64,000 nt of DNA. It comes from Chthoniobacteraceae bacterium (GTDB taxonomy: Bacteria; Verrucomicrobiota; Verrucomicrobiia; Chthoniobacterales; Chthoniobacteraceae). Positions 31,982-40,677 of this stretch are shown here, piece by piece. Every line of letters starts with the position of its first letter. Positions within the stretch are counted from its first letter, which is position 1. The notes under the pieces were generated by a model. The model was not told the origin of the DNA, did not search any database, and saw only the letters and a program-made list of their open reading frames with translations. The stretch covers positions 1 through 64,000 of the forward strand of contig JANNXQ010000102.1 of the NCBI GenBank assembly GCA_031409655.1, read 5' to 3'. A program made the translations under genes and the position numbers.

Positions 31982-32830
31982 ATGGAAATTCGCAAAGCCC
32001 TCATCACTGCTGCCGGCAAGAATCAGCATTCCCTCCCGCTCCAGACGCTCGTGGACCGGGACGGCGTCACCAAGACCGCTCTCGCGATCATCATCGAGGA
32101 AGTGCTCGGAGCAGGCATCGAGACGATCGGCCTCGTCATTGCCCGCGGCGACGAACCGGCCTATCGCGCTGCCGCCGGCCAGCACGCGGGGCGGCTGACT
32201 TTCATCGAGCAAAGTGCGCCGCTCGGTTACGCGCACGCCATTCATTGCGCGGCGGCTTTCTGCGGAAACGATCCCTTCCTGCTTCTCGTCGGTGATCATC
32301 TTTACCTGAGCAGCACGCGCACTGGCTGCGCCCAGCAACTCGTGGAAATCGCGCGCGCAGAAAAGTGCGCCGTCTCCGCGGTGCAATCGACCCACGAGAG
32401 CAAGCTGCCCTACTACGGCGCCATCGGTGGCCAGCTCGTGGACGCGGCTCGCCGACTCTATCAGGTCGATACCGTCCTCGAAAAACCCACGCCCACGGAA
32501 GCCGAGCAGAAGATCGACGTGCCGGGCCTGCGGGCCGGCTACTACCTGTGTTTCTTCGGTATGCACGTCCTCACCCCGGCCGTGCAGCGGATGCTTGGCG
32601 AGGCTTTTTCCAAAGCTGGCGCCACGGTGAACTTCCGCTCCATGCTCGCCGAACTCGCCCGCCAGGAGCGCTACCTCGCCTGCGAACTCGAAGGCCGCCG
32701 CTACGACTTCGGTGTGAAATACGGCCTGCTCACCGCGCAGCTCGCCCTCGCCCTCGATGGCACCGATCGCGATGAAGTCCTGCGCGGCTTGGTGGAGCTG
32801 ATGGCCACCAGCAAACAGGTCGCGAAGTGA
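31982..32830 (+). CDS. GalU-like sugar-phosphate nucleotidyltransferase
   Basis: [33 protein letters not shown]. Confidence 0.85.
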   Translation: MEIRKALITAAGKNQHSLPLQTLVDRDGVTKTALAIIIEEVLGAGIETIGLVIARGDEPAYRAAAGQHAGRLTFIEQSAPLGYAHAIHCAAAFCGNDPFLLLVGDHLYLSSTRTGCAQQLVEIARAEKCAVSAVQSTHESKLPYYGAIGGQLVDAARRLYQVDTVLEKPTPTEAEQKIDVPGLRAGYYLCFFGMHVLTPAVQRMLGEAFSKAGATVNFRSMLAELARQERYLACELEGRRYDFGVKYGLLTAQLALALDGTDRDEVLRGLVELMATSKQVAK

Positions 32831-35800
32831 GCGGCCCCGCAGGTCCGAAGACCATGAACTTGCTCGGCCTCATCACCAGCCCCAATCCGGCAATCCGGGA
32901 TCGCTCGCTCGATGATCTCGTGGCGGCTGCTTCGCTCGAAGAACTGCTCGCCGAATGCGAGGCGCTCGACGCCTTCCGCCGACAATCTCCGAATCTCTAC
33001 GAGCGGGTCCGCGCGCTCTTTTTTCTCTACGCGCTCCATCGTTTCCATTTGCCAACGCGCGAAGGGCTGCGGACCAGCGGGCTCATCCCATTTCAAGGTT
33101 TCGAGCATCTGCTGGAGCGACGGTTTGCCGAGGCGATCGAAGTCTTTTCGCAAACGCAGAAAGCCGAAGGCGCGAGTGACGCGCTCTCTTCAGCCCTGGC
33201 GGCGGCGTATCATCGGCTGGCCTTTCAGACCCTCGCCGATCAGGTGCGGCGCAGCGTGCGTAGCGTGCGCGGCAATCAATGGATGTTCCGCATGGGCCAT
33301 CCGAAAGATCAACCGCTGCGCTTCCGTCCAAATCTCTTGCAGCGTTCAGCGGATGGCTCGTATCCGATCCTCCGCGAGCTGACGCCAGTGCGGATGGATC
33401 TCACCCACTCCGCGTGGAGCGACATCTTTTTCCTCGGCATGGACTACCCCGAGGGCGCGAAGGTGCTGAACATCTCCGTGGATCTCGGCGTGCATGGCCG
33501 CGACGCCGATCCGCAGCCGCCGGTGAGCGCCTGGCTGCGCGTGATCGAGGAGCCCGTGCTGCGACTCGTCTCCGTGGATCTCGCGGCAAGTGCAGAGATC
33601 TCGTCGCTGGCGGAGGTTTTCGACTTTGCCAAAGACTACCTCGGACTGCTCAAAGCCGCGGTGATCGCGAGCGGCGTCGTGCCGCCGGGGATCGAAGGCT
33701 CGGGCCAGTCCCTCGGCGATCTGCTCGCGCAGATGCTCGGCCCCGGTCGCGGTCTCGAACTCGTCTCCAGCGTGAACGACATCCCGAAAGGCTCGCGCCT
33801 CGCCGTGAGTACGAACCTGCTCGCCGCGCTCGTCAGCGTGCTCATGCGCGCCACTGGCCAGGCCGAGTCGCTCACCGGTCCGCTGCGGGAAGAAGAGCGC
33901 CGGCTCGTGCTCGCGCGGGCGCTGCTCGGCGAATGGCTCGGCGGCAGCGGCGGCGGCTGGCAGGACTCGGGTGGCGTCTGGCCAGGGATCAAGGTGATCG
34001 AAGGGGTGGCGTCGCTCGTCGGCGATCCGGAGCACGGCATTTCGCGGGGTCGGCTGATGCCGAAGCACCACGTCTTTTCCCGCGACGAAATCCCCGAGTC
34101 CGCCCGCGAAAAACTCCAGCAGTCGCTCGTTCTCGTGCATGGCGGCATGGCCCAGAATGTCGGCCCAATCCTCGAGATGGTGACGGAAAAATATCTCCTG
34201 CGCAGCGGCGCAGAATGGGAGGGTCGTCAGGAAGCGCTCGGCTTTCTCCAAGAGATCCTCGACGCCCTGCGCGTCGGCGATATCGCGCGCGTCGGCGAAG
34301 TCACCACGCGCAATTTCAGCGGCCCGATCCAGACGATCATCCCGTGGGCTTCCACCCATTACACCGAGCGGCTCATCGAGCAGGTGCGCGCGGAATTTGG
34401 CCCCGACTTCTGGGGCTTCTGGATGCTCGGTGGGATGAGCGGCGGCGGCATGGGCTTCATCTTCGCCCCGCAGCGCAAAGCCGAAGCCCAGGAGCGACTC
34501 GCCGCCATCATGTCGGCGACGAAACGCGAACTTTCCGCCTCGCTGCCCTTCGCCATGGAGCCGGTCGTTTACGATTTCAAAATCAACGAACGCGGCACCT
34601 TCGCCGACCTGCTCACGGGCGATGCCGCGCTGATGCCGAAAGGCTACTACCTGCTCACCGCTCCCGCGCTCATCCGCACCGATCGCCGCCAGCTCTCCGC
34701 GCTGCGCCGGGCCGATCTCGATAAATTTGCCGCCGCCTGCCGCACCCGGCCCGAACTCAGCGGCGTCGTGCAGGAACTCTTCGACAACCTGCTCCCGCGC
34801 ACCAAGGCCGACCGCAACGAAGGCCAGGGCACACTGGAAGAATTGCTCACGCAAAATGGCTTCGACCGCGAAGCCCACGAGCAAATCCGCGGCGATCTCC
34901 GCGCCGGCCGCATCGGCCTCGCGCAAAATCGCCTGCCCGCGAATGCCGTGATCGAAGACGTGCGGCCGGAGGACGTCAGTAGTAGCGCAGGCTTCCAGCC
35001 TGTGGGAGTGCCGCAGGCATCCCTGCCTGCCGGGGCGTCAGCACCAGATCCGTTCCACCCTTTCGAAGAGGAAACCCCCGCCGCCGTCCGCGCCCGCCGC
35101 CTCCCTCACTGGGAGCAGGACGGAGCCACCTATTTCGTCACCTTTCGCCTGGCCGACTCGCTGCCGAAGGAGGCCATCGTCTCGTGGCGCACCGAACGTG
35201 ATGCCTGGCTGCGCACGCATCCGCGTCCATGGACACCCAAAGTCACGGAGGAATACTACCGCCGCTTCCACGAAGCCATCGAAGAGCAGCTCGACAAAGG
35301 ACAGGGCGCTGCCGTGCTTGCCGACCCGCGCGTCGCCGAAATCATCGAAGCCGCGATGTGCCACTTCGACGGCGAGCGCTACGTGCTCGGCAGCTACGTC
35401 GTCATGCCGAATCACGTCCACGTCCTCGTCATTCCGCAGGATGAAGAGGAACTCTCGAAGATCCTCCATTCGTGGAAATCGTATTCGGCCAACAAGATCA
35501 ATGAACTCCTCGATCGAGACGGACCGCTTTGGCAGCGGGAAAGCTTCGATCACATCGTGCGGCACGAGCACGAGTTGCTGGCGATCGAACGCTACATCGC
35601 GGAGAACCCTCGGAATGCGCGGCTAAGTGAGGGGAAGTATCGGTTGGGGAGTGGCGCGGAAGCTCGGAAAGAGGGGCAGGCAAGGATGCCTGCGACACTC
35701 CTACAGGCTGGAAGCCTGCGCTACTACGAGCGCGGCCTCGCCGCCTTGCAGGCTGGCGAAGCCGCCGTCGTGACGCTCGCCGCAGGTGCCGCATCGCGCT

Positions 35801-36900
35801 GGACGCAAGGCGCGGGCGTCGTGAAATCGCTGCATCCCTTCTGCAAACTCGGCGGACGACATCGCACTTTCCTCGAGACGCATCTCGCAAAATCGCGACG
35901 CATCTCGCACCTCGCGGGCACTGCGGTGCCGCACATTTTCACCACGAGCTACCTCACGCACGGCCCGATCTCCGCGATCCTCTCAGCGCGCGGAAACTAC
36001 GGCTACGAAGGCCCGCTCGTTCTTTCCCGCGGCAAGAGTGTCGGCTTGCGACTCGTGCCGACCGCGCGCGACCTCCGTTTTGCGTGGGAAGAAATGCCGC
36101 AGCAGGTGCTCGACGAGCAGCAGCAAAAGGTGCGCGATTCGGGCCGCAAGGCGCTGATCGGCTGGGCCGAGGGCGCAGGCGAAGCGACCAACTACACGGA
36201 CAATCTCCCGCTCCAGTGCATGCACCCCGTCGGGCACTTCTACGAGATCCCGAATCTCCTCCGCAATGGCACCCTGGCCGCGCTCCTCCGCGAGCGCCCG
36301 CAACTCACGACGCTGCTCCTGCACAATATCGACACCGTCGGCGCGGACCTCGATCCCGCCTTGCTCGGACAGCATCTCGAAAGCGGCGCGACGCTCACCT
36401 TCGAAGTCATCAATCGCCGGCTCGAAGATCGCGGCGGCGGCCTCGCCCGCGTCGATGGCCGGGTGCGGCTGGTGGAAGGTCTCGCCATGCCGCGCGAAGA
36501 ACTCGAGTTCGGCCTCACTTACTACAACACGCTCACGACGTGGATCGACATCGACGGCCTGCTTGCCGCGCTCGGCCTGACGCGCGCGGACATTCTCGAT
36601 CCCGAGCCCGCCGCCGAAGAGCGCATCCTCGCCGCCATCCGCACCCTCGCCGCAAAGGTGCCGACCTACATCACGCTCAAAGACGTGAAGAAGCGCTGGG
36701 GCCATGGACAGGAAGACATCTTCCCTGTCGCGCAATTTGAAAAGCTCTGGGGCGACCTCAGCGCGCTGCCCGAAATCCAGAGCCGCTTCGTCGTCGTGCC
36801 GCGCCTGCGCGGGCAGCAACTCAAGGAACAGGCGCAGCTCGACGGCTGGCTCCGCGACGGCTCGGCTGGCTATGTCGAGTCGCTCTGCGAGTGGACGTAG
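32827..36900 (+). CDS. GHMP sugar kinase / UDPGP-type pyrophosphorylase fusion carrying an in-frame Y1 transposase domain
   Basis: [27 protein letters not shown] (GHMP); [23 protein letters not shown] (UDPGP family); start 32827 or 32854. Confidence 0.85.
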   Translation: MSGPAGPKTMNLLGLITSPNPAIRDRSLDDLVAAASLEELLAECEALDAFRRQSPNLYERVRALFFLYALHRFHLPTREGLRTSGLIPFQGFEHLLERRFAEAIEVFSQTQKAEGASDALSSALAAAYHRLAFQTLADQVRRSVRSVRGNQWMFRMGHPKDQPLRFRPNLLQRSADGSYPILRELTPVRMDLTHSAWSDIFFLGMDYPEGAKVLNISVDLGVHGRDADPQPPVSAWLRVIEEPVLRLVSVDLAASAEISSLAEVFDFAKDYLGLLKAAVIASGVVPPGIEGSGQSLGDLLAQMLGPGRGLELVSSVNDIPKGSRLAVSTNLLAALVSVLMRATGQAESLTGPLREEERRLVLARALLGEWLGGSGGGWQDSGGVWPGIKVIEGVASLVGDPEHGISRGRLMPKHHVFSRDEIPESAREKLQQSLVLVHGGMAQNVGPILEMVTEKYLLRSGAEWEGRQEALGFLQEILDALRVGDIARVGEVTTRNFSGPIQTIIPWASTHYTERLIEQVRAEFGPDFWGFWMLGGMSGGGMGFIFAPQRKAEAQERLAAIMSATKRELSASLPFAMEPVVYDFKINERGTFADLLTGDAALMPKGYYLLTAPALIRTDRRQLSALRRADLDKFAAACRTRPELSGVVQELFDNLLPRTKADRNEGQGTLEELLTQNGFDREAHEQIRGDLRAGRIGLAQNRLPANAVIEDVRPEDVSSSAGFQPVGVPQASLPAGASAPDPFHPFEEETPAAVRARRLPHWEQDGATYFVTFRLADSLPKEAIVSWRTERDAWLRTHPRPWTPKVTEEYYRRFHEAIEEQLDKGQGAAVLADPRVAEIIEAAMCHFDGERYVLGSYVVMPNHVHVLVIPQDEEELSKILHSWKSYSANKINELLDRDGPLWQRESFDHIVRHEHELLAIERYIAENPRNARLSEGKYRLGSGAEARKEGQARMPATLLQAGSLRYYERGLAALQAGEAAVVTLAAGAASRWTQGAGVVKSLHPFCKLGGRHRTFLETHLAKSRRISHLAGTAVPHIFTTSYLTHGPISAILSARGNYGYEGPLVLSRGKSVGLRLVPTARDLRFAWEEMPQQVLDEQQQKVRDSGRKALIGWAEGAGEATNYTDNLPLQCMHPVGHFYEIPNLLRNGTLAALLRERPQLTTLLLHNIDTVGADLDPALLGQHLESGATLTFEVINRRLEDRGGGLARVDGRVRLVEGLAMPREELEFGLTYYNTLTTWIDIDGLLAALGLTRADILDPEPAAEERILAAIRTLAAKVPTYITLKDVKKRWGHGQEDIFPVAQFEKLWGDLSALPEIQSRFVVVPRLRGQQLKEQAQLDGWLRDGSAGYVESLCEWT
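34978..35727 (+). mobile_element. REP-flanked RAYT-type HUH transposase element inserted in frame
   Basis: [47 protein letters not shown]; 53-bp terminal IRs at 34979-35031 and 35675-35727 (50/53). Confidence 0.92.
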
Positions 36901-36984
36901 CGCCTGCGCCCGACGCCCATCCGGACGCCCGCGAGCCCTTGCCGCCGCATTGACGCCTCCCACACGCTCACCCACAGTGCCGGG

Positions 36985-37686
36985 ATGCTCAAAGTCGTCG
37001 AACAGCTTCTCATCATCCAGGATCGCGACCGAAAGATTCGGGCGCTCAAGCAGGAGTTGAAGTTTGCGCCGCAGCAGCGGAAGGAACTCGACGAGAAACT
37101 TTCCTCAACGACGAAGCACTACGAGGCGGTGAAGCTGAAGGGCAAGGAGCTCGAGGTGGAGCGCAAGCGGCTGGAAGTGGAAGCGCAGGCGAAGCGCGAG
37201 CAGATCGCGAAGTTGCAGACGCAGAAATTTCAGACGCGAAAGAACGAAGAGTTCGCGGCTTTCAATCACGAGATCGAGCGCTTCGAAGGCGACGTGCGGA
37301 CGATCGAAGATCGCGAACTCGAACTCATGGAGGAGGCGGAGAAGATGAAGGTGACCGTGACGGCAGCGGACAAGGACGCGCAGGCCGTGAAGGCGCTGGT
37401 GGAACGGCAGATCGCGGACCTGAACGCAAAGATCGCAACCGTTGAAGGACAGCTCAAGGAGCTCGATGCCGAGCGGACGAAACTCGGCGCGGACATTGAG
37501 GAAGATCTCTTCGACACCTATTCGCGGCTCTTTCAAAACAAGGGCGAGGCCGTCGTCGCGCTCGATCACGAAGTCTGCACTGGCTGCCACATGAAGGTCA
37601 TCCCGCAGACTTCGGCCAACGTCCGCGCCCGGAAGGAAGTCACGCACTGCGAGCAGTGCGGGCGGATCCTCTATGCGGAGATTTGA
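36985..37686 (+). CDS. Coiled-coil + C4 zinc-ribbon protein (DUF164/CT398-like)
   Basis: Long coiled coil then CTGCH...CEQCGRILY. Confidence 0.9.
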   Translation: MLKVVEQLLIIQDRDRKIRALKQELKFAPQQRKELDEKLSSTTKHYEAVKLKGKELEVERKRLEVEAQAKREQIAKLQTQKFQTRKNEEFAAFNHEIERFEGDVRTIEDRELELMEEAEKMKVTVTAADKDAQAVKALVERQIADLNAKIATVEGQLKELDAERTKLGADIEEDLFDTYSRLFQNKGEAVVALDHEVCTGCHMKVIPQTSANVRARKEVTHCEQCGRILYAEI

Positions 37687-37712
37687 GGGTTGATGGACGC
37701 TTCATGAATTCT

Positions 37713-37834
37713 CGTTTGAAGTTTGGCGTTTGGCGTTTGGGGTTTGGCGTTGAACTTTTCTGCGGGTGCTGGCTAACGCCAAACTTCAAACGCCAAACTT
37801 CAAACTTCAAACGCCAAACTTCAAACGCCAAACG
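37713..37834. repeat. Heptamer tandem inverted repeat (GTTTGGC/GTTTGAA arm, then AAACGCC/AAACTTC arm)
   Basis: Read directly; arm order reversed relative to 10666-10758. Confidence 0.9.
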
Positions 37835-37888
37835 ACGGAATCTCGCCCGGCGCGCCTGGCCTTCGACGGTAAACCGGCTTTTTTTCCC

Positions 37889-39283
37889 GTGACCCGCATC
37901 GTCGGCATCGAAACTGAGTACGGCTGCCTGGTCGCCAATGACCCGCAGCACGGGACGGATTCGTGGCCCGCGCGGGTGAAAAATTACCTCTTCCGGAAAG
38001 CGCAGGCTGGCGCGATTGATCTCCACTATCGCGACTATGAGGAGCCGCCGGGCAATGGCGGATTTCTCCTGAATGGTGGGCGGCTCTACATCGACATGGG
38101 GCACCTCGAGTACTCGTCGCCGGAGTGCCTCACGGTGCGCGACATCGCGAGCTACGATCTCGCCGGAGACGCCCTGATCCAGAGCGCGCTCGAAGCCCTC
38201 GGCGCCACCGAGGAGGTCGCCTTCATCAAAAACAACATCGACCACCACACCGGTGCGACCTTTGGCTGCCACGAGAACTATCTGATGCGGCGCGATCTGC
38301 AATTCAACGCGCAGATCCTCGGCACGCTCCTCTCCTTCCTCGCCACCCGCCAGCTCTTCACCGGGGCCGGTCGCGTAGGCCAGGCCAGTCCCCTGACCTT
38401 TGATTTCGAGCCCGCAGCCGCGACGGATCAGGTCCCCTTTCAGCTCAGCCAGCGCGCGGATCACATCGTCAACGACATCTACCAGTGGGTGCAATTTAAC
38501 CGCGCGATCATCAATGCACGCGACGAACCGCTGGCCGACTACCGGCGCTATCGGCGGCTGCACCTGCTCATCGGCGACTCGAATATGAGCCCTTTCGCCA
38601 CAGCGCTCAAAACTGGTACCACGGCACTCATCCTCACGCTGCTCGAGGAAGGCGAACTTCCCGACGACGTGCTCCTGCAGGATGCCGTGATCGCCACGCG
38701 CCAGATCTCCCACGAAGGCACGGGCCACGCCGTCGTGCCGCTCGAGGACGGACGCACCCGCTCGGCGCTCGATATCCAGGAGACCTTCCTGGCCCACGCG
38801 CAGCAGCATCTCGGCGGCACCGATGAGGAAACGGATTGGGTGCTCCAGCAATGGGCCTTTACCCTCGAAGCCCTGCGCACGAAGCCTGAGTTACTGATTG
38901 GCGGCGTCGATTGGATCTCAAAGAAGTACCTGCTCGACACCTTCCGCGAAGCCGAGGGGCTCGCCTGGAATGATCCGTGGCTGCAAAGCCTCGACCTCGA
39001 ATATCACAAGATCGATCCAGCCAAGGGCCTCTTCTTTGCGCTGACGCCGGGCAAGGTCATTGGCGAGTTCAATGACAGCGTGCGGCGCCCCGAAGCGTGC
39101 CGCATTGCTCCCGCCGACACCCGCGCCCATGGTCGCGGCCAGGCCGTGGCACTTTTCCAAAAAGGCCAGCTCCCCTACGTGATCAACTGGGATTCCATCG
39201 CCGTGGAGAATTCGAGCAGCCTCGCGATGTCCGACCCCTTCGACCCCTACACGGATCAAGCAAGCGCGCTCTTCGCAGAGTGA
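37889..39283 (+). CDS. Pup-ligase/Dop family protein (PafA-like)
   Basis: GIETEYG, NGGRLYIDMGHLEYSSPEC, KNNID, GCHENY, SQRADH, RAIINARDEP, RLH..GDSN, LDLEYH, TRA; GTG start. Confidence 0.92.
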   Translation: MTRIVGIETEYGCLVANDPQHGTDSWPARVKNYLFRKAQAGAIDLHYRDYEEPPGNGGFLLNGGRLYIDMGHLEYSSPECLTVRDIASYDLAGDALIQSALEALGATEEVAFIKNNIDHHTGATFGCHENYLMRRDLQFNAQILGTLLSFLATRQLFTGAGRVGQASPLTFDFEPAAATDQVPFQLSQRADHIVNDIYQWVQFNRAIINARDEPLADYRRYRRLHLLIGDSNMSPFATALKTGTTALILTLLEEGELPDDVLLQDAVIATRQISHEGTGHAVVPLEDGRTRSALDIQETFLAHAQQHLGGTDEETDWVLQQWAFTLEALRTKPELLIGGVDWISKKYLLDTFREAEGLAWNDPWLQSLDLEYHKIDPAKGLFFALTPGKVIGEFNDSVRRPEACRIAPADTRAHGRGQAVALFQKGQLPYVINWDSIAVENSSSLAMSDPFDPYTDQASALFAE

Positions 39284-39356
39284 ATCCCCCTCGGCGGCTG
39301 GCGGGCGCAAGTTCGGGGTTGGACTGGATTCGCCCGTGCCGCATCCTCCCGCGTTC

Positions 39357-39833
39357 ATGCCTGATGACCCAAGCCTTCCGTCTCCGCCCGCCCCGCGCAA
39401 GCGTCTGCCCGTTCTCCTCCGACGCTCCTGGTATGGTCTGAATCAAGCATTCCGCCAACGCGTCGCCCATCTGAAGATCACCCCCGACCAATTCAGCATC
39501 CTGCGCTGGCTCAGCGAAGGTGATCCCGCAGGACTGACGCAGCGCGCCATCACCGATCTCATGGCCAGCGATCCAAACACGATCACCTCCACGCTTTCGC
39601 GGATGGAAAAGAACGGCCTCATCACGCGCCAACCGCACGAGCACGATCGGCGCGCGCACCGGGTGCGGATGCAGCCCGCCGGGCGGAGCCTTTTTGAAAT
39701 GGCGCGCATCATCGCGATGGAGCTCCAGGACCAAATCCTCGCCGCCCTCCCGGAAAGCAGCCGCACCCGCTTCCTCCAGGAACTAGAAACCGTCGCCGAT
39801 TCCTGCGCCGCGGCGTCGGATCGAGCGAAATGA
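39357..39833 (+). CDS. MarR-family regulator
   Basis: ITPDQFSIL, LSRMEKNGLITR...DRRA; start uncertain (39336/39357). Confidence 0.9.
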   Translation: MPDDPSLPSPPAPRKRLPVLLRRSWYGLNQAFRQRVAHLKITPDQFSILRWLSEGDPAGLTQRAITDLMASDPNTITSTLSRMEKNGLITRQPHEHDRRAHRVRMQPAGRSLFEMARIIAMELQDQILAALPESSRTRFLQELETVADSCAAASDRAK

Positions 39834-39846
39834 ACGGGGCCCGCGC

Positions 39847-40665
39847 TTAGCGACGCGTCTTCTTTGCCGGAGCCTTCTTCGCCGCCGTTTTCCCGGGCTT
39901 CTTCGCCGCGGGCTTGCGCGCTTTCGGCTTCTTCGCGGGCGCTTTCTTCGGCGCTGGTTCAGGCGTGCCGAGATCGATGCCGAAGAGGGCGCTGAGGTCT
40001 TCGCCGGCGAGCGCGGTGTCCGTACCCTGTGCGCGGTCGAGGGTGTCGCGAGCAGCGGTGGAGAGAAGTTCGGAAGGATCGACGCTGCGCAGGACGAAGA
40101 AAAGATCGGGTGCACTGTCGAGTTTCACGCCGACTCCGTAGAGCACCGCGGCGACGTGCTTGCACATATCAGCGTAGTCCGGGCAGGAGCAGGAGAGGTG
40201 GATCTCCTTTGGCTTGGGGAAAAGACCGCGCGCCGGATCGGCGATGGCGCGCAGCATCCCGTCGCCAAGCTTGCCGGCGAGCAGATCGAGCAGGCTGGCG
40301 ACCTGGCCGGCGCAGTCTTGCTTGAGGCATTTCCACGCCGCTTTGGCGAGCGGCTGGATGGTGACGCACACTTCGTAGAGCGCGGAGCCGGCGACCTCGG
40401 CGGTGATGACCCCGGGCTCGATCGCGAGGTTATAGACGTTGCCCTGCCGGAGGTAGCTGCGACCGCGCGGCAGACGGTAGGCGTAATTCGAGTGACTCTC
40501 GAGATGGTCACACCACGCCTTGCCCCAAAAGGTTTGCGCGAGCTTGCGACTGCCCTGCGGAGTGATCAGCGCCTCGTATTTCTCGCCGCGCTTCCGGCGC
40601 TTTTCGAGGTCGCGCTGGAGCTGCGCTTTTATTTCGCGGGTGTCTTCGTAGTAATACCAGGACAT
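39847..40665 (-). CDS. SWIM zinc-finger protein with Lys/Ala/Pro-rich tail
   Basis: RLPRGRSY, CSCPDYADMCKHVAAVLY; KKAPAKK repeats. Confidence 0.92.
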   Translation of the reverse strand: MSWYYYEDTREIKAQLQRDLEKRRKRGEKYEALITPQGSRKLAQTFWGKAWCDHLESHSNYAYRLPRGRSYLRQGNVYNLAIEPGVITAEVAGSALYEVCVTIQPLAKAAWKCLKQDCAGQVASLLDLLAGKLGDGMLRAIADPARGLFPKPKEIHLSCSCPDYADMCKHVAAVLYGVGVKLDSAPDLFFVLRSVDPSELLSTAARDTLDRAQGTDTALAGEDLSALFGIDLGTPEPAPKKAPAKKPKARKPAAKKPGKTAAKKAPAKKTRR

Positions 40666-40677
40666 GAGTTCGGTTGT

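Noticed and set aside
34978..35727. Intein or IStron explanation for the in-frame insert
   Set aside because: No Hint-domain or C-terminal His-Asn motifs and no recognisable group I intron core; nearly all of the insert is REP arms plus transposase
37713..37834. Possible CRISPR array suggested by the GTTTGAA/TTCAAAC units
   Set aside because: These are 7-bp tandem units without unique spacers, and there are no cas genes in the window
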